A stretch of DNA of 64,000 nt from Macrostomum lignano (Eukaryota), in NCBI GenBank assembly GCA_002269645.1, contig NIVC01000464.1, forward strand, positions 1 to 64,000. The letters are read 5' to 3'. Each line of letters opens with the position of its first letter. The first letter of the stretch is position 1. Positions 33,651 to 45,861 of the stretch are shown here, piece by piece. Position numbers and translations under genes: made by a program. The notes under the pieces were generated by a model. The model ran no database searches, was not told the DNA's origin, and was given only the letters and a program-made list of their open reading frames with translations.

Positions 33651-35623
33651 GGGGGCTGCGGTTCCCGCCCTTCTGTTCCCCCCCCCCCGGTTACGCGCCC
33701 CTGTAATATTTTATAGTTGACAACTAATGAATAAGTTCTATGATTTTTTTCGAAGCGGAAAGCTGGAAAGCAAAAATAAATATTTTGTTTCAGCAAAATT
33801 TCAAAGCTTGTCGGCTACTGCGACAAGCATACAAGTGCTAAGACAAAGCAAAATTTGCTTCATTTAAACAAAATTTTGAATAAAAAATTGAATTACGAAT
33901 TTCCTGCTCAAGAAACAAAAGAGATTTATAGCTGCTTTTCCTGTTGTTTTAACGGTGCTGAATTTCCTGTGTCTGTTACTATAAGCAGTTGCATTGTCTG
34001 CTTTCAGTGGCGAGAGATCACTATCAGATGTATGTTCGATGCTAGGCCGTAGATTTCATTAAAGTAATCTTGCATTCTCGATCTGCCTACTGCACTGTAT
34101 TAGTTAGGAGATTGGAGAAAGTCAATGGCCTATCGTATATTACAGGTATTGTAACACGAGTCAGCGTGCATTAACGAACGCATCCATGACTAGAGTGGAT
34201 TTATCCATTTCTTAGAATGGATAACCGTTAAGTGTAGTTATGGTAAAATTGGGTAATGCGATTCCTTAAAAAAGATGTTTAAACAAGTCATGTTTAAACA
34301 AGTCAGGATATAGTACTGGATAATCCGCTGTATATTGAAACAGTAAACTTTTATCGGTTGAAACAACTGATACAATATAGATTCCTGAACAAAACTAGAT
34401 AGCTAGACCCATATGATCATGCTCAAATTTTCTTGATATTTGGTTTAAGAAAAAGCCTTGAAATTAATTTTTTTAAATGTTTCGTAATTTGTAAGTAGTT
34501 TACTACTCATGTGACCACTCCCACAGGCCTCTCGGAGGCAGGAGTCGTCCGTGTATGTGAGTGAAGACTGAAGGGTAACCGTTTTGTTGGAGCATTTTGG
34601 TCAGGAGCCTGATCTCTTGGTCAAAGTTGATCCAGGAGTTGCAGACGGTATAGCAAGCATCTGATCAGACCAGATTTCCACTGTCTTGGGGGCACACATG
34701 GCATGAAAGTTAAGAATGAGATTGGTGAAGCCCATTGTCCAATGAAGCCAAATGAAGCCCAATAAAGGCATACTGTTGCTATATTTTTCTACGCGAGAAA
34801 AGCCAAACGACATTTTTACACGAGAGCTAGGGAAGAACGTTGCAACTCGTTGACCATTTTTCTCGTTGACCTGACTGAGACAAAATTTATTGCCGTGAGC
34901 ACTTTCTTTGAGCCCCGCCTTTTTAATTTTGCTACTTGCTTTTTGTTTGGAGAAACAAAAGGTAAAAGCAAGCTTGCAATCATACGCTTTATTTTACTAA
35001 TTGCCTTAGTTACGCTCGTAACTGTCTTCCACTCTCCAGTTATACTCAACTGATCAATTTATAAGAGTCTTAATCGTAGCTCTAGTAAACACTTACTAAT
35101 ATTTAGCTGTTTTAAGCTACATTCGTAGTTTTATATTTAACGAGTGACAGAGTTGCATTAGCTACGATTATTACAAAGACAACGCCAATGTCAAAGCAAG
35201 CTACAAGTGACAATTCAATTATTGAAATTTGTATCGCGTGCATTTACGAGTATAGCAATAAGCATCATAAAGTGTTCGGTTTGTGTCTGCGTGGCTAAAC
35301 AAAAGGGACACATATCAGTATAGCTAAGTAATATATGAATCACATTACTACTGGGGATATAAAATAATTGAAACTTTACGTATCATTTGAGTAAATTTTG
35401 TTATAATCAGATTCTATATTACCCGGATGTGTCACTCCAGCATTCGCTAATATATTTAACGGCCGTCTCCGAGGCCCCGGAAAAATCTTGGGTTAGGGCC
35501 ATAGACACTAGTTGCTGCTGCTGCTGCTAATGTTTGAGAGCAGCCGAGGCTACAGTCTATGGTCTAAACCCCATAGCGGTACAGAAAATTTGTGGCCTAA
35601 GACAGCCCAATCTAAATGTATTA

Positions 35624-36350
35624 CTAGCAACCTAGTGCCCCCCTTCGGGGCGCCCAATAAGCAAGGAGCAAAATTTATTCATGCAAATCCATTAAAAAAG
35701 CACACTTTCTGAGAAACCAATTTCTTATTCAATTTTATAAATCACATTTTTTTAGAGAAATATTGTCACGGATGAAGATGTTTGCTATGAATCTCTTTTT
35801 TTCTAAAAGTAACAAAAAGACAACAAAAAGCCTTCAAAAAGATAAACAGGCATTTCCCCTAAATAGAAAACATCCTCAAGACAGCAAGCATCCCAGATAG
35901 CAAGCATCCCCCAAATAGCAAGCATCCCCAGAGAGCAGGCACCCCCCTCCGAGAGTAAGCAACCCCAGATAGCAAGCATCCCCCAGATAGCAAGCATAGC
36001 AAGCAACCCCAGAGAGCAAGCACCCCCCTCCGAGAGTAAGCAACCCCAGATAGCAAGCATCCCCCAGATAGCAAGCATAGCAAGCAACCCCAGAGAGCAA
36101 GCACCCCCCTCCGAGAGTAAGCAACCCCAGATAGCAAGCATCCCCCAGATAGCAAGCATAGCAAGCAACCCCAGAGAGCAAGCACCCCCCTCCGAGAGTA
36201 AGCAACCCCAGATAGCAAGCATCCCCCAGATAGCAAGCATAGCAAGCAACCCCAGAGAGCAAGCACCCCCCTCCGAGAGTAAGCAACCCCAGATAGCAAG
36301 CACCCCCCTCCGAGAGTAAGCAACCCCAGATAGCAAGCACCCCTAAATTT
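35624..36350 (-). mobile_element. Non-autonomous Helitron-like copy with an 81-bp higher-order gatagcaagca repeat; 5' end unclear
   Basis: Minus-strand 3' end gccccgaaggggggc-actaggttgCTAG|T at 35624. The segment cccctaaatagaaaa..caagacagcaagcatcc is shared with about 61795-62050. Confidence 0.7.
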
Positions 36351-36661
36351 GCTGCAGTAGTAGCAGTCACTGACATGACTATCTGGTAATTCACTCTCCT
36401 GCAGACAGCAAGCCAATTGCCATCTCTCCCTTTAGAATACAATCAAAGTAGAGAATTTCTGGCCAAAGAACTTCTGTTTTCTGCTGCTGCAGCGAACGAG
36501 GATTTTGGAGTTATTTATCAACTAGACTGGTGAAAGAAAACCTTAGTAAGTGATTTACATTTGAAATAACAAGTGAGTATTATAGCAACAAGTATCTGTT
36601 CCAATTTTGACTAGAGTACACTTTCTACGACAAACTCAAGCTATTAGAATATTATTCCTGT

Positions 36662-37417
36662 TTATTGCTCCTCATCATTGATCTCGGCCGCCTTGGGACC
36701 GCCGGTAGCGCCACCGCCGTTGTCTTCATTGACGTCGTCCTCTTCTAACTCGAAACCCTTGCGCAGCTCGCCCAGCACCCAGTCGATGGTCTTCTCGTAG
36801 ATGCACAGCATAGCCGGTGTGCACTTGTCGGCCAGAGTCGTCTGCACGGCGCCCAGAAATGGATCGCGCATCAGCAGGAAGAACTCACCTTTGAACTTGG
36901 TGAAGTGCCGGTGCCGCCTTCCCGTAGCCCGAAGCCGCTGCTGCATCAGGTCGCGCTTGTCCACGTTCACAATGGCCTCGTCCAGCAGGCCCATCACGGT
37001 GGCGGAGTGCCGCTTTAAGTCAGGATTGTCGCGCGTCAGCAGGCCGTCAAGGCCTTCGGGACTTTCTAAATTGGCGCTGAACTTCTTGAAGATGGCCAGC
37101 AGAAGCGGGTGCTTCTTGAAGAGCAGCAGGAACATGTGCACCCCGGCATTGCAGACCCGGTCGTGCACGAAGTTCCAGGAGGTCCACAGCTTGAAGGTCT
37201 CCTGCTGGCTGAGCAGGCACTGCGACGCGTCCCATTCGCGCTCCTCGCACAGCACCTTACAGAAGACCAGCTTGCGGTCCTGACGATGCTGAGCGTCTTC
37301 TACAGTAATTGCCGCGGCTTTTCCTTTGTTAGTCAAAGCAGAGGTACCGTCTTCGGAGTTCTGTCGGCTCCTGCCGGTGCAGGGACTCAGAGACAATCGG
37401 GAACCAGTGCAGCCCAT
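36662..37417 (-). CDS. Globin, globin X-like (predicted N-myristoylated/palmitoylated, probably hexacoordinate), single coding exon
   Basis: 251-aa ORF starting MGC. Globin fold motifs: A-helix LWTSW, B-helix GVHMFLLLF, C2 Pro, CD1 Phe, E7 His (KRHSATVM), F8 His (GRRHRHF). Acidic tail. Confidence 0.9.
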   Translation of the reverse strand: MGCTGSRLSLSPCTGRSRQNSEDGTSALTNKGKAAAITVEDAQHRQDRKLVFCKVLCEEREWDASQCLLSQQETFKLWTSWNFVHDRVCNAGVHMFLLLFKKHPLLLAIFKKFSANLESPEGLDGLLTRDNPDLKRHSATVMGLLDEAIVNVDKRDLMQQRLRATGRRHRHFTKFKGEFFLLMRDPFLGAVQTTLADKCTPAMLCIYEKTIDWVLGELRKGFELEEDDVNEDNGGGATGGPKAAEINDEEQ

Positions 37418-38137
37418 GGCTATAGGTTTTTTTATTTTCCTTGATCTTCGGTTCGCGGACTTGAGGAATGTGAGTTTGTATTCGAATATTAAACTTGCCC
37501 CCTGCCCCTTGCCCCATGCTCAAACATGTATTAAAGCCAATCCCCGGTTCGAGAGCTCCTATTGGAGCAGAAACTGTTTCTAAAAATAAGCCAAACCGAA
37601 ATGACGCCGGGGTTCAGGATTTTGGAACTACTGCATGCCTCATTTGACACGTAGCTATCATAAGTTGCAGTCTTCATATACTCCTAGGTTAATATCTAGT
37701 ATTTCGATGCAAGTGTTGTTGGCTCACCTACCTTGTAGTTCCCAGTATAGGGGGTGAGCACTGCAGTCTACAGCCCTTGTCCTTGGGAAGCTGCGACTCC
37801 CCAGGTCCCAGTCAAGAGCTCTCGTCCTGGGCCCGATGGCGGCAGAAAAATAGAGCCAACTTATTAGGCAACCTGGCTGCAGGTACTCAGGCAATTCAGC
37901 ACAGGTAGAAATGAGAACTCCTAGCAAGCAGTTCGTTCGCGAGAGACTGATCTAAGCCGTATGAATAAAGTGAGCAAAAAGTCAAACGCCTGCATAATTT
38001 TGTATAATATTTATGAATAAAATGTGCTGAAACTTGTCTCTCTCTGCCCTTCGAAATTGAGACTAATTCGGCTCATGAAGTCGTCGTGAACGAAGATTTT
38101 GTGTCATCCTCGGTGTCTGCCGGGTCCATCTAACGCT

Positions 38138-38280
<143 letters not shown>

Positions 38281-38436
38281 CTTTCTGTTTTTGTCTATGG
38301 CCAAGAGGTATTGAGCAGCAACAAAAGATTTTTTTCGAGTCCAAGCTTTACTTCGTGCGTTTTTGTTCAGCATGCGAGACATGATACGAGCGTTTAATAA
38401 GCGTTACAATATTGTACAATTTTCAATACAGCTATT

Positions 38437-40326
38437 TTTATATATATATATATATATAATATATAAGGACGCAAAGATATTATGGTAGGCGTCTTGCGCG
38501 CACGCGCTCGCAGAAGAGACGAGAAGGACAGTTTGTGGCAGATTGTGGGGTCAGGTTAATGGTTTGTAGGTCAGACTCAAGCGTGGCGGTCAGCGTGGCG
38601 GTCCGGCCTTGGCCCCGTCGGAGACGCTCGGTTGGCTGATGCGGCAGGGTGAGCGCCAGCGGGTTTTGCTCCCCTCTGCCGTAGCTGCGGAGGCAGTAGT
38701 GGCCGACGAGCATTAGCCGGCGCCGCTGGAGGTGGCACTGAGCTGAGGCACGCGGGCTCTCGCCATCAGAGGGTCCGTCGGCAGCCGCTCTGGGTAATGG
38801 ATGCCAAGGGCGAACCGCAGCAGCGATCGGTAGGCAGCGTCCAGGGCTCGGGACCTCGAGTCGGTCATTGGCACTGCCTCCAGTCCGTACAGGAAGATTG
38901 GCTCTACGGCAGCGCGGAACAGGCGCATCTTCAGGTCGTCGTTGGCAGCTGAGCTGAAGACCTCCCTGAGGAGATGAGCCGCGCGCCAGGCCTGTGACCT
39001 CCGGTCGGCGATGATGGAGTCAGGGCTCATCACGAGGGAGCCCAGGTACCGGAAGTCTCTGCAGGCTGAAATGACTTGTCCATCTGGTAGGGTCAGGATT
39101 GGTGCTGCATCGGTGCCCACGTGCAGCACTTCCGTCTTGCGTGCGTTAATTTGCAGTCCGACTCGGGCGCTCTCCTCATAGAGTCTCGAGAGCGCTCTCT
39201 GGGCGGCAGTCGGACTGCGGCACAGCAGGGCGATGTCGTCGGCGTATGCGAGGGCGGGCAGAGGGGCAGCACCGCGGCGGGAGCTCCGGCGTGACGCCAG
39301 CAGGTAGCTGTCCTCCTCTGTGAGGCTTCGGCGCAGCACGTAGTCGACGACAAGGATGAAGAGCAGTGGAGCCAATGTGTCACCTTGGAGGACTCCAGAG
39401 CTGGTGCAGAAGTCCTCAGTTGGGCCATCGCTGGTTTGGACAAAGGCTTTGCTGTTGTTGTAGAGGTCCATCACTGCGACGCCATAGTGCTCGAGCAGCC
39501 ACGCGATCGCGCGCCGGCACACTGAGTCAAAAGCTTTGCGGAAGTCCACAAAGACAATTGACACAGTCTTTGCCGGCACACTGAGTCAAAAGCTTTGCGG
39601 AAGTCCACAAAGACAATTGACACAGCTCTTTGGTGAGTTTTACAGGCCTCGACGACTGCTCGAAGGGCTGCAATCTGCTCTGTTGTCAATCGTCCGGGCC
39701 TGAAGCCACTTTGGAGGCTCAGGATCATTTGGTTGAGGCCAGGCAGCAGCCGATTACGCAGTATAGCATTGAGCAGCTTAGCCAGAGTGCATTCCAGAGC
39801 GATGCCGCGTTGGTTGTCCAGACTGGTGGATGCGCCCTTCTTGGGGATGGAGACGATCTTAGAGGTGCGCCAGCTGTCAGCAGCAGTAGCACCTGGGTTG
39901 CCTCCAAGCGGACAGTGCTTGTTGAGCACAGTCGTGATGTCCCGTGTCAGCTCCGGCAGCTTGAGCACCCTGGGTGGAATGCCATCTACTCCGGCGGCAG
40001 CATCGGGGCGCATGGTCTTGAGCACTCGGTTCACCTCGTAGGCAGTCAGCGGGCCGGAGTTGAAAGTCGAGGGCTCGGCCGGGGTAAAGTTTTCGATTGG
40101 CAGCAAATCTGCAGAGGGTGGTGGAGCGTTGAGCACATTGTGGTAGTGATTGGCCAGCAGGGCTTTGCGATGGTGTATGGACTCAGCACCTACAGCGGCA
40201 TTGGCCCTCTGCTTCCTGCCAGTCAGGCGGTTGATGGCGCGCCAGGCGGTTGTGTGCCGGCAGTTGTCTGTTGCTAGTTGAATCTCAGCAACAGCCTCCT
40301 GGACAAAGGCTTCGGTCCTCCGGGCA
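38437..40326 (-). mobile_element. 3' half of an RTE/RTEX-like LINE (RT domain, 3' UTR, (TA)n tail), disrupted
   Basis: QRGIALEC, QSGFRPGR, VDFRKAFDSV, GVLQGDTLAPLLF, LAYADDIALL, FRYLGS. A 59-bp internal duplication at 39513-39626 shifts the frame. (TA)n at 38437-38464. Confidence 0.9.
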
Positions 40327-40592
40327 GTTGGCTATTTAATTTTCAGTTGGCTATTTAATTTTCAGTTGGCTATTTAATTTTCAGTTGGCTATTTAATTTT
40401 CAGTTGACTATTTAATTTTCAGTTGGCTATTTAATTTTTAGTTGGCTATTTAATTTTTAGTTGGCTATTTAATTTTCAGTTGGCTATTTAATTTTCAGTT
40501 GGCTATTTAATTTTTAGTTGGCTATTTAATTTTCAGTTGGCTATTTAATTTTTAGTTGGCTATTTAATTTTCAGTTGGCTATTTAATTTTCA
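40325..40592. repeat. 19-bp minisatellite (cagttggctatttaatttt), about 14 copies, at the LINE inversion junction
   Basis: Visible tandem array. Confidence 0.95.
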
Positions 40593-41982
40593 CGCTGAAT
40601 GCGTGAAAATTGGTCGCCCACCTCCGGCCCCTAGTCACCAGGGCCAGGTGCCAACGGTGTCGCCGTCAACTTGACAGAGCGGCAAACAAAGATGGCGACC
40701 CATAGAGGACGGCGGAGTGTGCACGGCCGTGAACGCCGACGCACACGCTTTAATGCCCAACGCAATGCACTGCACACTGCTGCCCGCCGGCTCAAACAGG
40801 ACTCGCGGCCTGCCCAGCCGGAGCCTGCTAGAGGATTGGACTCATTATCCCTGCCAGTCCCCCGCACTGCACCCGCTAGCAGAACAATCGAAAAATTTGA
40901 AAGTCAAAACCAGCTTGATAACTGCACAAGACTTGCTACCTTCAACGCACGAACGCTCACTGCCTCCTGGAGACTGCATGAGCTAACCAAGCTGGCAAAG
41001 AGCATGAACATCTCCATTCTGGCTGTCCAAGAACACCGCAGGAGCACCGAAGAGTGCGTTGATCCAGGCCTTGGCTGGCAGTTCCGAGCCGCCCCAGTCT
41101 CCGCCCAGGGCTCTGGAGGCATCGGGTTTCTGCTGTCACCTGATGCCTCAAGAGCCCTTCTGAATGTCAGCTTCCCAACCGACCGTCTTGGCATTGCCTC
41201 TTTTGCCACGAAGGACAGGCGCCTTCATGTAATCTGCGTCTACGCCCCCACAGCCCCACGCACAGCTGCTGACCCTTCCGATACTGAATCAATGTATGAC
41301 CACCTGATATCACTCATCGGCTCGGTCCCTGATCGCGACCTGTTTTTTGTCCCTGGAGACTTCAACGCGCCACTGTCCCCTGACGGCCGTCTAGTGAAGA
41401 ACAACTGCGGCTCCACCAACACCAACTCGGACTTCCTGTCAACTTTCATTCACTCTCAAGACCTGATTGCAGCCAATGGTGTCATGCGGCAGCGGTACAA
41501 CAAGCTGCCCACCTTCTTCGGCCCAAATGGACGGACCACAGGCTGGACTGGATTCTGTGCCCATCGGCCATCAGATCTCGACTGCGCAAAGTGGTCAATA
41601 TCCGCCCCAGCTGCGAGACGTCCGACCATTCTCTGCTGGCCTGCGACATCGACTGCCGATGAAAAAAGTTCAAGGCTGGCCCACCGCACCCCCTCTGAGC
41701 AGATCTGAGAAACCCAGACACGCGCAGTGCGTTCATTAAAAAACTGCAAAATGCTACTCTGGCCCTGAATGAATCGGCGGACGCCTTCACCAGAGCTGTT
41801 GAGAAAGCTGACTCGATCCTACCAAAACGAAAAACCGCACCAGCCAAAAGCCGCCTGGGACTCCGACGAGGAGATCTCCATCGCTAGGCGCGACGTGCAA
41901 AGAACAACCGCAGTCTTTGGCCAAGACAGTGAGCAGGCTGAAACAGCCCGGGCCCAACTACGCGACACGCATGCCCGGAGGA
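40593..41982 (+). mobile_element. Inverted 5' half of the same LINE (5' UTR and AP-like endonuclease), disrupted
   Basis: ATG at 40692. Motifs LATFNARTL, LAVQEH, VYAPT, GDFNA, TFFG and, in a shifted frame, LDWIL..SDH. It ends in tgcccggagga, which also begins the RT half. Confidence 0.9.
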
Positions 41983-44013
41983 AAATTTTTATGATGACTG
42001 ATAAAGTAAAAATACGCGTTCATGTATACTTCTTATGTGCATGCATGCACACTGCAATACTGAATTCTATTCCCAATATGCTGACATAGATACAGTACTA
42101 TATATACGCATAATTTATCAATGTTGGGCATCCCTTACTTTTTTAGGAGATCAACTGATAGTCCACTAACGCTAATTTTCAAATTTGTGTAGCGGATCAT
42201 ATCAGCAGGCGTACCGCTAATCCGCTTAGGTTTGCTAATTTTGCCCAATTTCCTAAGAAATTCCTTTAAAAATCGTAATCTGAGTTGCTCTTTCCAACAA
42301 GTCAAAATGAAGAAGGAGAACAAGACCAAATTTTAGGCCCGTATGAATAAGTGAACAACTGCATGTTCAACATAAATATTTCAAGATTACATGGAGTCAC
42401 GGATGAAGGAATAACATTGTTTGCTCATCTGAAACTTGGAATTTACCTCCGTAAGAAACTATATATTGGCTGATGAAAGTTTAAGAGTCCCCCGTAGGAT
42501 TTTGATTTGCTTTGAAGAAGCATCTCTGCATTTTTGTCGCATTTTTTTAATCAAGTTGGCGGCATGCTCCAGAATCCAGGCGATCTAGATGTACAGATTT
42601 TCATGCTTAGCATTTTACTTTCCTATTGCTCTGATAGCATGGCTGCAATACCACCAGAGAATATCGAGCATATCTTGCTAGCGAGGCGAGCCTTGTTCGT
42701 TCCTTTAAATTGCAAAGAAAAGGACAGTGACCCATATTTTGTCTATGGTTCTTAGCTACTGAGTTCAACTGCTCGGATGGCTGAGAATTTGAGAAGTTTG
42801 AGATCAATCTTTTATCCATACGAGATGGTAAGCGGAATTACTCAAACTCGGAGCTATTTTTCAACCTTGAGCACTTGCTCCAACTTTAGAGCAGGAGCAT
42901 TTCTATTCGTTCTATGAGATGAATATACTCGATGAGTGACAATATCTGAATATGACTATCTATAGCTAGCGTGAGAAAGCTGTAGCTAATGCACTAACGA
43001 AAAAAAGTTAGCGGACTTTAGCGGAACTTTAGCATTTAGCGGACATTAGTGAAGGTGTTCCCCAGCAACATGGTAAATTAATGGTTCAAAGCAAATTGCA
43101 GGGGTTTCTTAAGCTAAGAATAAAAAAAAAGAAATGGAAATAATGAAAGAATAAATGTGCATGCATATAACCAACCCCCCACCTTAAAATTCTAAGGATC
43201 ACCTTATTATAAGCCATATTTCCAAAGACAGTTCGCCCCCTCACTGCACGAATTGCGGGGGTAATCATGCAGCATGTAAAAGCTACTGCTGGCCAACTAC
43301 ATGTATCACGCGATCTTTAAGAGACTCTCGACAGGACGCCTATCATGGTGCGCAGGCCGCAAGACGGCGCCAGCTGCATAAAAATCCTCCTTTACAAGCA
43401 GATTTATTTTGCTTTGAATAGCTAATATTATACAATAGATGTATAAAAAATCCTCCTAAATGTCATGTAGTGGTGTTGATCAGGAATCGCAAAAAATAAC
43501 GATCGAGTGCGAACTCAGAAATCAGATTTTTTCTCGACGCGAAGCTGTCTCCGGCGAAGCTAGCCTCATTCAGCGTTATATTCGCGTTCTTTGGAGCATA
43601 ATATATTTTGGGTGTAATATATTTTGCGCTGCTACGAGAGCTACTACCTACTTTAAGTACTCGATTTCATTTTAACCTTAAACCATGTGGCTAAAAGCAA
43701 AAAAGCAGTGCACAAAGTGTGCGCGCAACACAAACAAACAAAACAGCTGCGCGCACTAGTTAACAAGTATAAACAGTTTGTGTGTTTGGTGTTTGTTGAA
43801 CGGTTCGTCTATGACACACATTGTCTTATGGTCAAAAGCGATTTAGATTGTGGGAATCATTTCCTCTCAAACATTCACATGGGTGCACACTGTCAAAAAT
43901 CGGATGCAATTTAAATATGCAAATTTTGTTCCATAGACGGCGAGACAAAGGCACTGTTCGTAACCCAGCCTCAAAAATTGAATACCAAGGACAAGTTAAA
44001 GCAACGTACATAT

Positions 44014-44690
44014 AGGACGTGACACTCACGTTTCATGGAATATGTTTTGAAGGCCACTTTTCGCCAAAAAATACACATACTAGCAACAGAGATAGGAAGC
44101 TTTTATTTTTTAGCATAAAATTTTTATTGCTTTTGATAGGAGGCAGACCCAGTGTTGCCTCTTATCGAACATCTTCTTCCAATGTTTCCTCAGAAACTTA
44201 GTATTATATGTTTTTTTATTTATTCTAAATATATACTTCCTGTACCTAAGAATCATAAAATGCATGGCACAGCTCTCGAATGTTTGGTTTTATGAATCCA
44301 TTTTATCATCTGTTACAAATATTGTTACACAGTCAGCTAAGAATGATAAAATAGATTCATAAAACTAAAGAGCTGAGCCGTGCCATTTAAATGGTTTTTA
44401 GGCACAGGACGTAACATGTAGCTACATGTACATATGCAATTGTACGTTAGAAATGAACATAGAACACTAATTTTCTGAACATGCATAAAGCTTTATGAAT
44501 ATCAAATAGAGCTATATAAGAAAGGCACAACATATCAAAAGATGAACATTTGGGTCTGCGTCCTATCGAAAGCTAATAACCATTTTATGCTGAAAAAATG
44601 AAAACTTCTTATCTCCGTCAGTGTATTTTTCGCCGAAAAGTGGCCTTCAAAACATAATTTTCCCTGCAGATTTTGAGTATTGCGTCCTTC
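44014..44690. mobile_element. Foldback/MITE-like element with long imperfect terminal inverted repeats
   Basis: tatgttttgaaggccacttttcgcc..aaaatacac (about 44039-44075) matches the reverse complement of about 44621-44655. Further inverted matches run inward to about 44330. Confidence 0.7.
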
Positions 44691-45060
44691 TAATAATTAG
44701 TTGTTCGGCCTTGTTTAATTACACACCGTCAAAATTGTTAGAAAATTGGTAATAAAGTTTGGAGTTTATCCTTTTTGATTGCAAATCGACATATTACTAT
44801 TGTATTTGAGTTTGTCAAAATAAGTTGTTGAACATTTCAACATGCGATACCACATGTACAGCAGGACTGTCAAAATTGAATGCAACGAGATTCCGAATAT
44901 ATTGAGCGCAGCTTTTCCAAAACATTAAAGCAATATACGAGTAGCTAGTCTACTACTAACTATACAGCTACATGTAGCAGCGATAAAAAATACACGAATT
45001 TTTTTAATTAAATCAAATAATCAATTATAATTGATATACATACATATATATTGAGGTTCT

Positions 45061-45861
45061 TGTCACGTTATTGGCGTAGCGGCCAGCTATGCGGTGGCCC
45101 TTAAAAGGGCCGTTTTAGTCCCAAAATAAGTTGAAGTCAATTCTTGTAAAGCGGATTTTGTAGCGGAGCACTTGGCGATAAAGGCAGGAACTGCCGTAGT
45201 TGTCTTTATTGTTAATATCAGTATTAAGTTTGGTTGTTACTGGCAATAAACAGACTATAGCTTTCTGGGCACTGGCGGCTGCAACAATGGGTTGAATATA
45301 ATTTGGATATGAAGTCAAGTGGCAGGCGAATGACATAATGGCGACGTGACGTGAGCAGTGGCTATGAGCACAGTGAAGGCAGTGAAACGTAGTGGCGAGT
45401 TGGCGTCGGTCGTGGCGTGAAACAGTCAAGTAAGTGTGTGAGCAGGCTGGCCCAGACAGAAGGGCCGTGGTGAGAAATAAGGAGGCTCGAGGCAGCCAGA
45501 CAAACAGATAAGACAGCTAAGAGGCCGCAGGGAAGGAAACAAGGAACAAGCGAGCGAGAGGAGAGTGGAGTGCCCGCCGCTAGGCGGGGGGTTTAATAAA
45601 AGAGCGCAGAGGGGGGTAGCGCGAGCACGAGTGATTTCATTGGCTGGCGAGAGAACTTAAAATTATCGATCGTGCCAATTTTATACGGTGGCGAGAGAGG
45701 ATAGCAAAATATACAAAGAATTATAAATTGCCACAAAATCGTTGGGCTCTACTATAAGTAAACGTTAAAATAAACTATTGGAGAAATTAATATGAGAAAT
45801 TACAAGGGAAAATATAGTCCAGCGGCCCTTTTCGGGACCACCTTAAACTGACAACGTCACA
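45061..45861. mobile_element. Solo-LTR-like element (801 bp, TG..CA, TSD TTCT)
   Basis: Termini tgtcacgtt / aacgtcaca are 8/9 inverted. TTCT occurs at 45057-45060 and 45862-45865. The GC-richer interior has minus-strand CCAAT (about 45640) and TATA-like (about 45593-45600) motifs. Confidence 0.65.

Noticed and set aside
37724-37927. 67-aa ORF upstream of the globin as an extra globin exon
   Set aside because: The globin ORF already starts with an MGC acylation motif after an in-frame stop, and this ORF shows no homology.
40593-40692. HDV-like ribozyme in the LINE 5' UTR (known from some RTE elements)
   Set aside because: Only simple hairpins were found by eye. The nested double pseudoknot could not be assigned, and a descriptor or Infernal search would be needed.
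45115-45429. Histone gene upstream of the histone-like stem-loop
   Set aside because: The 104-aa ORF has no histone fold or basic tail, and its stop abuts the hairpin.
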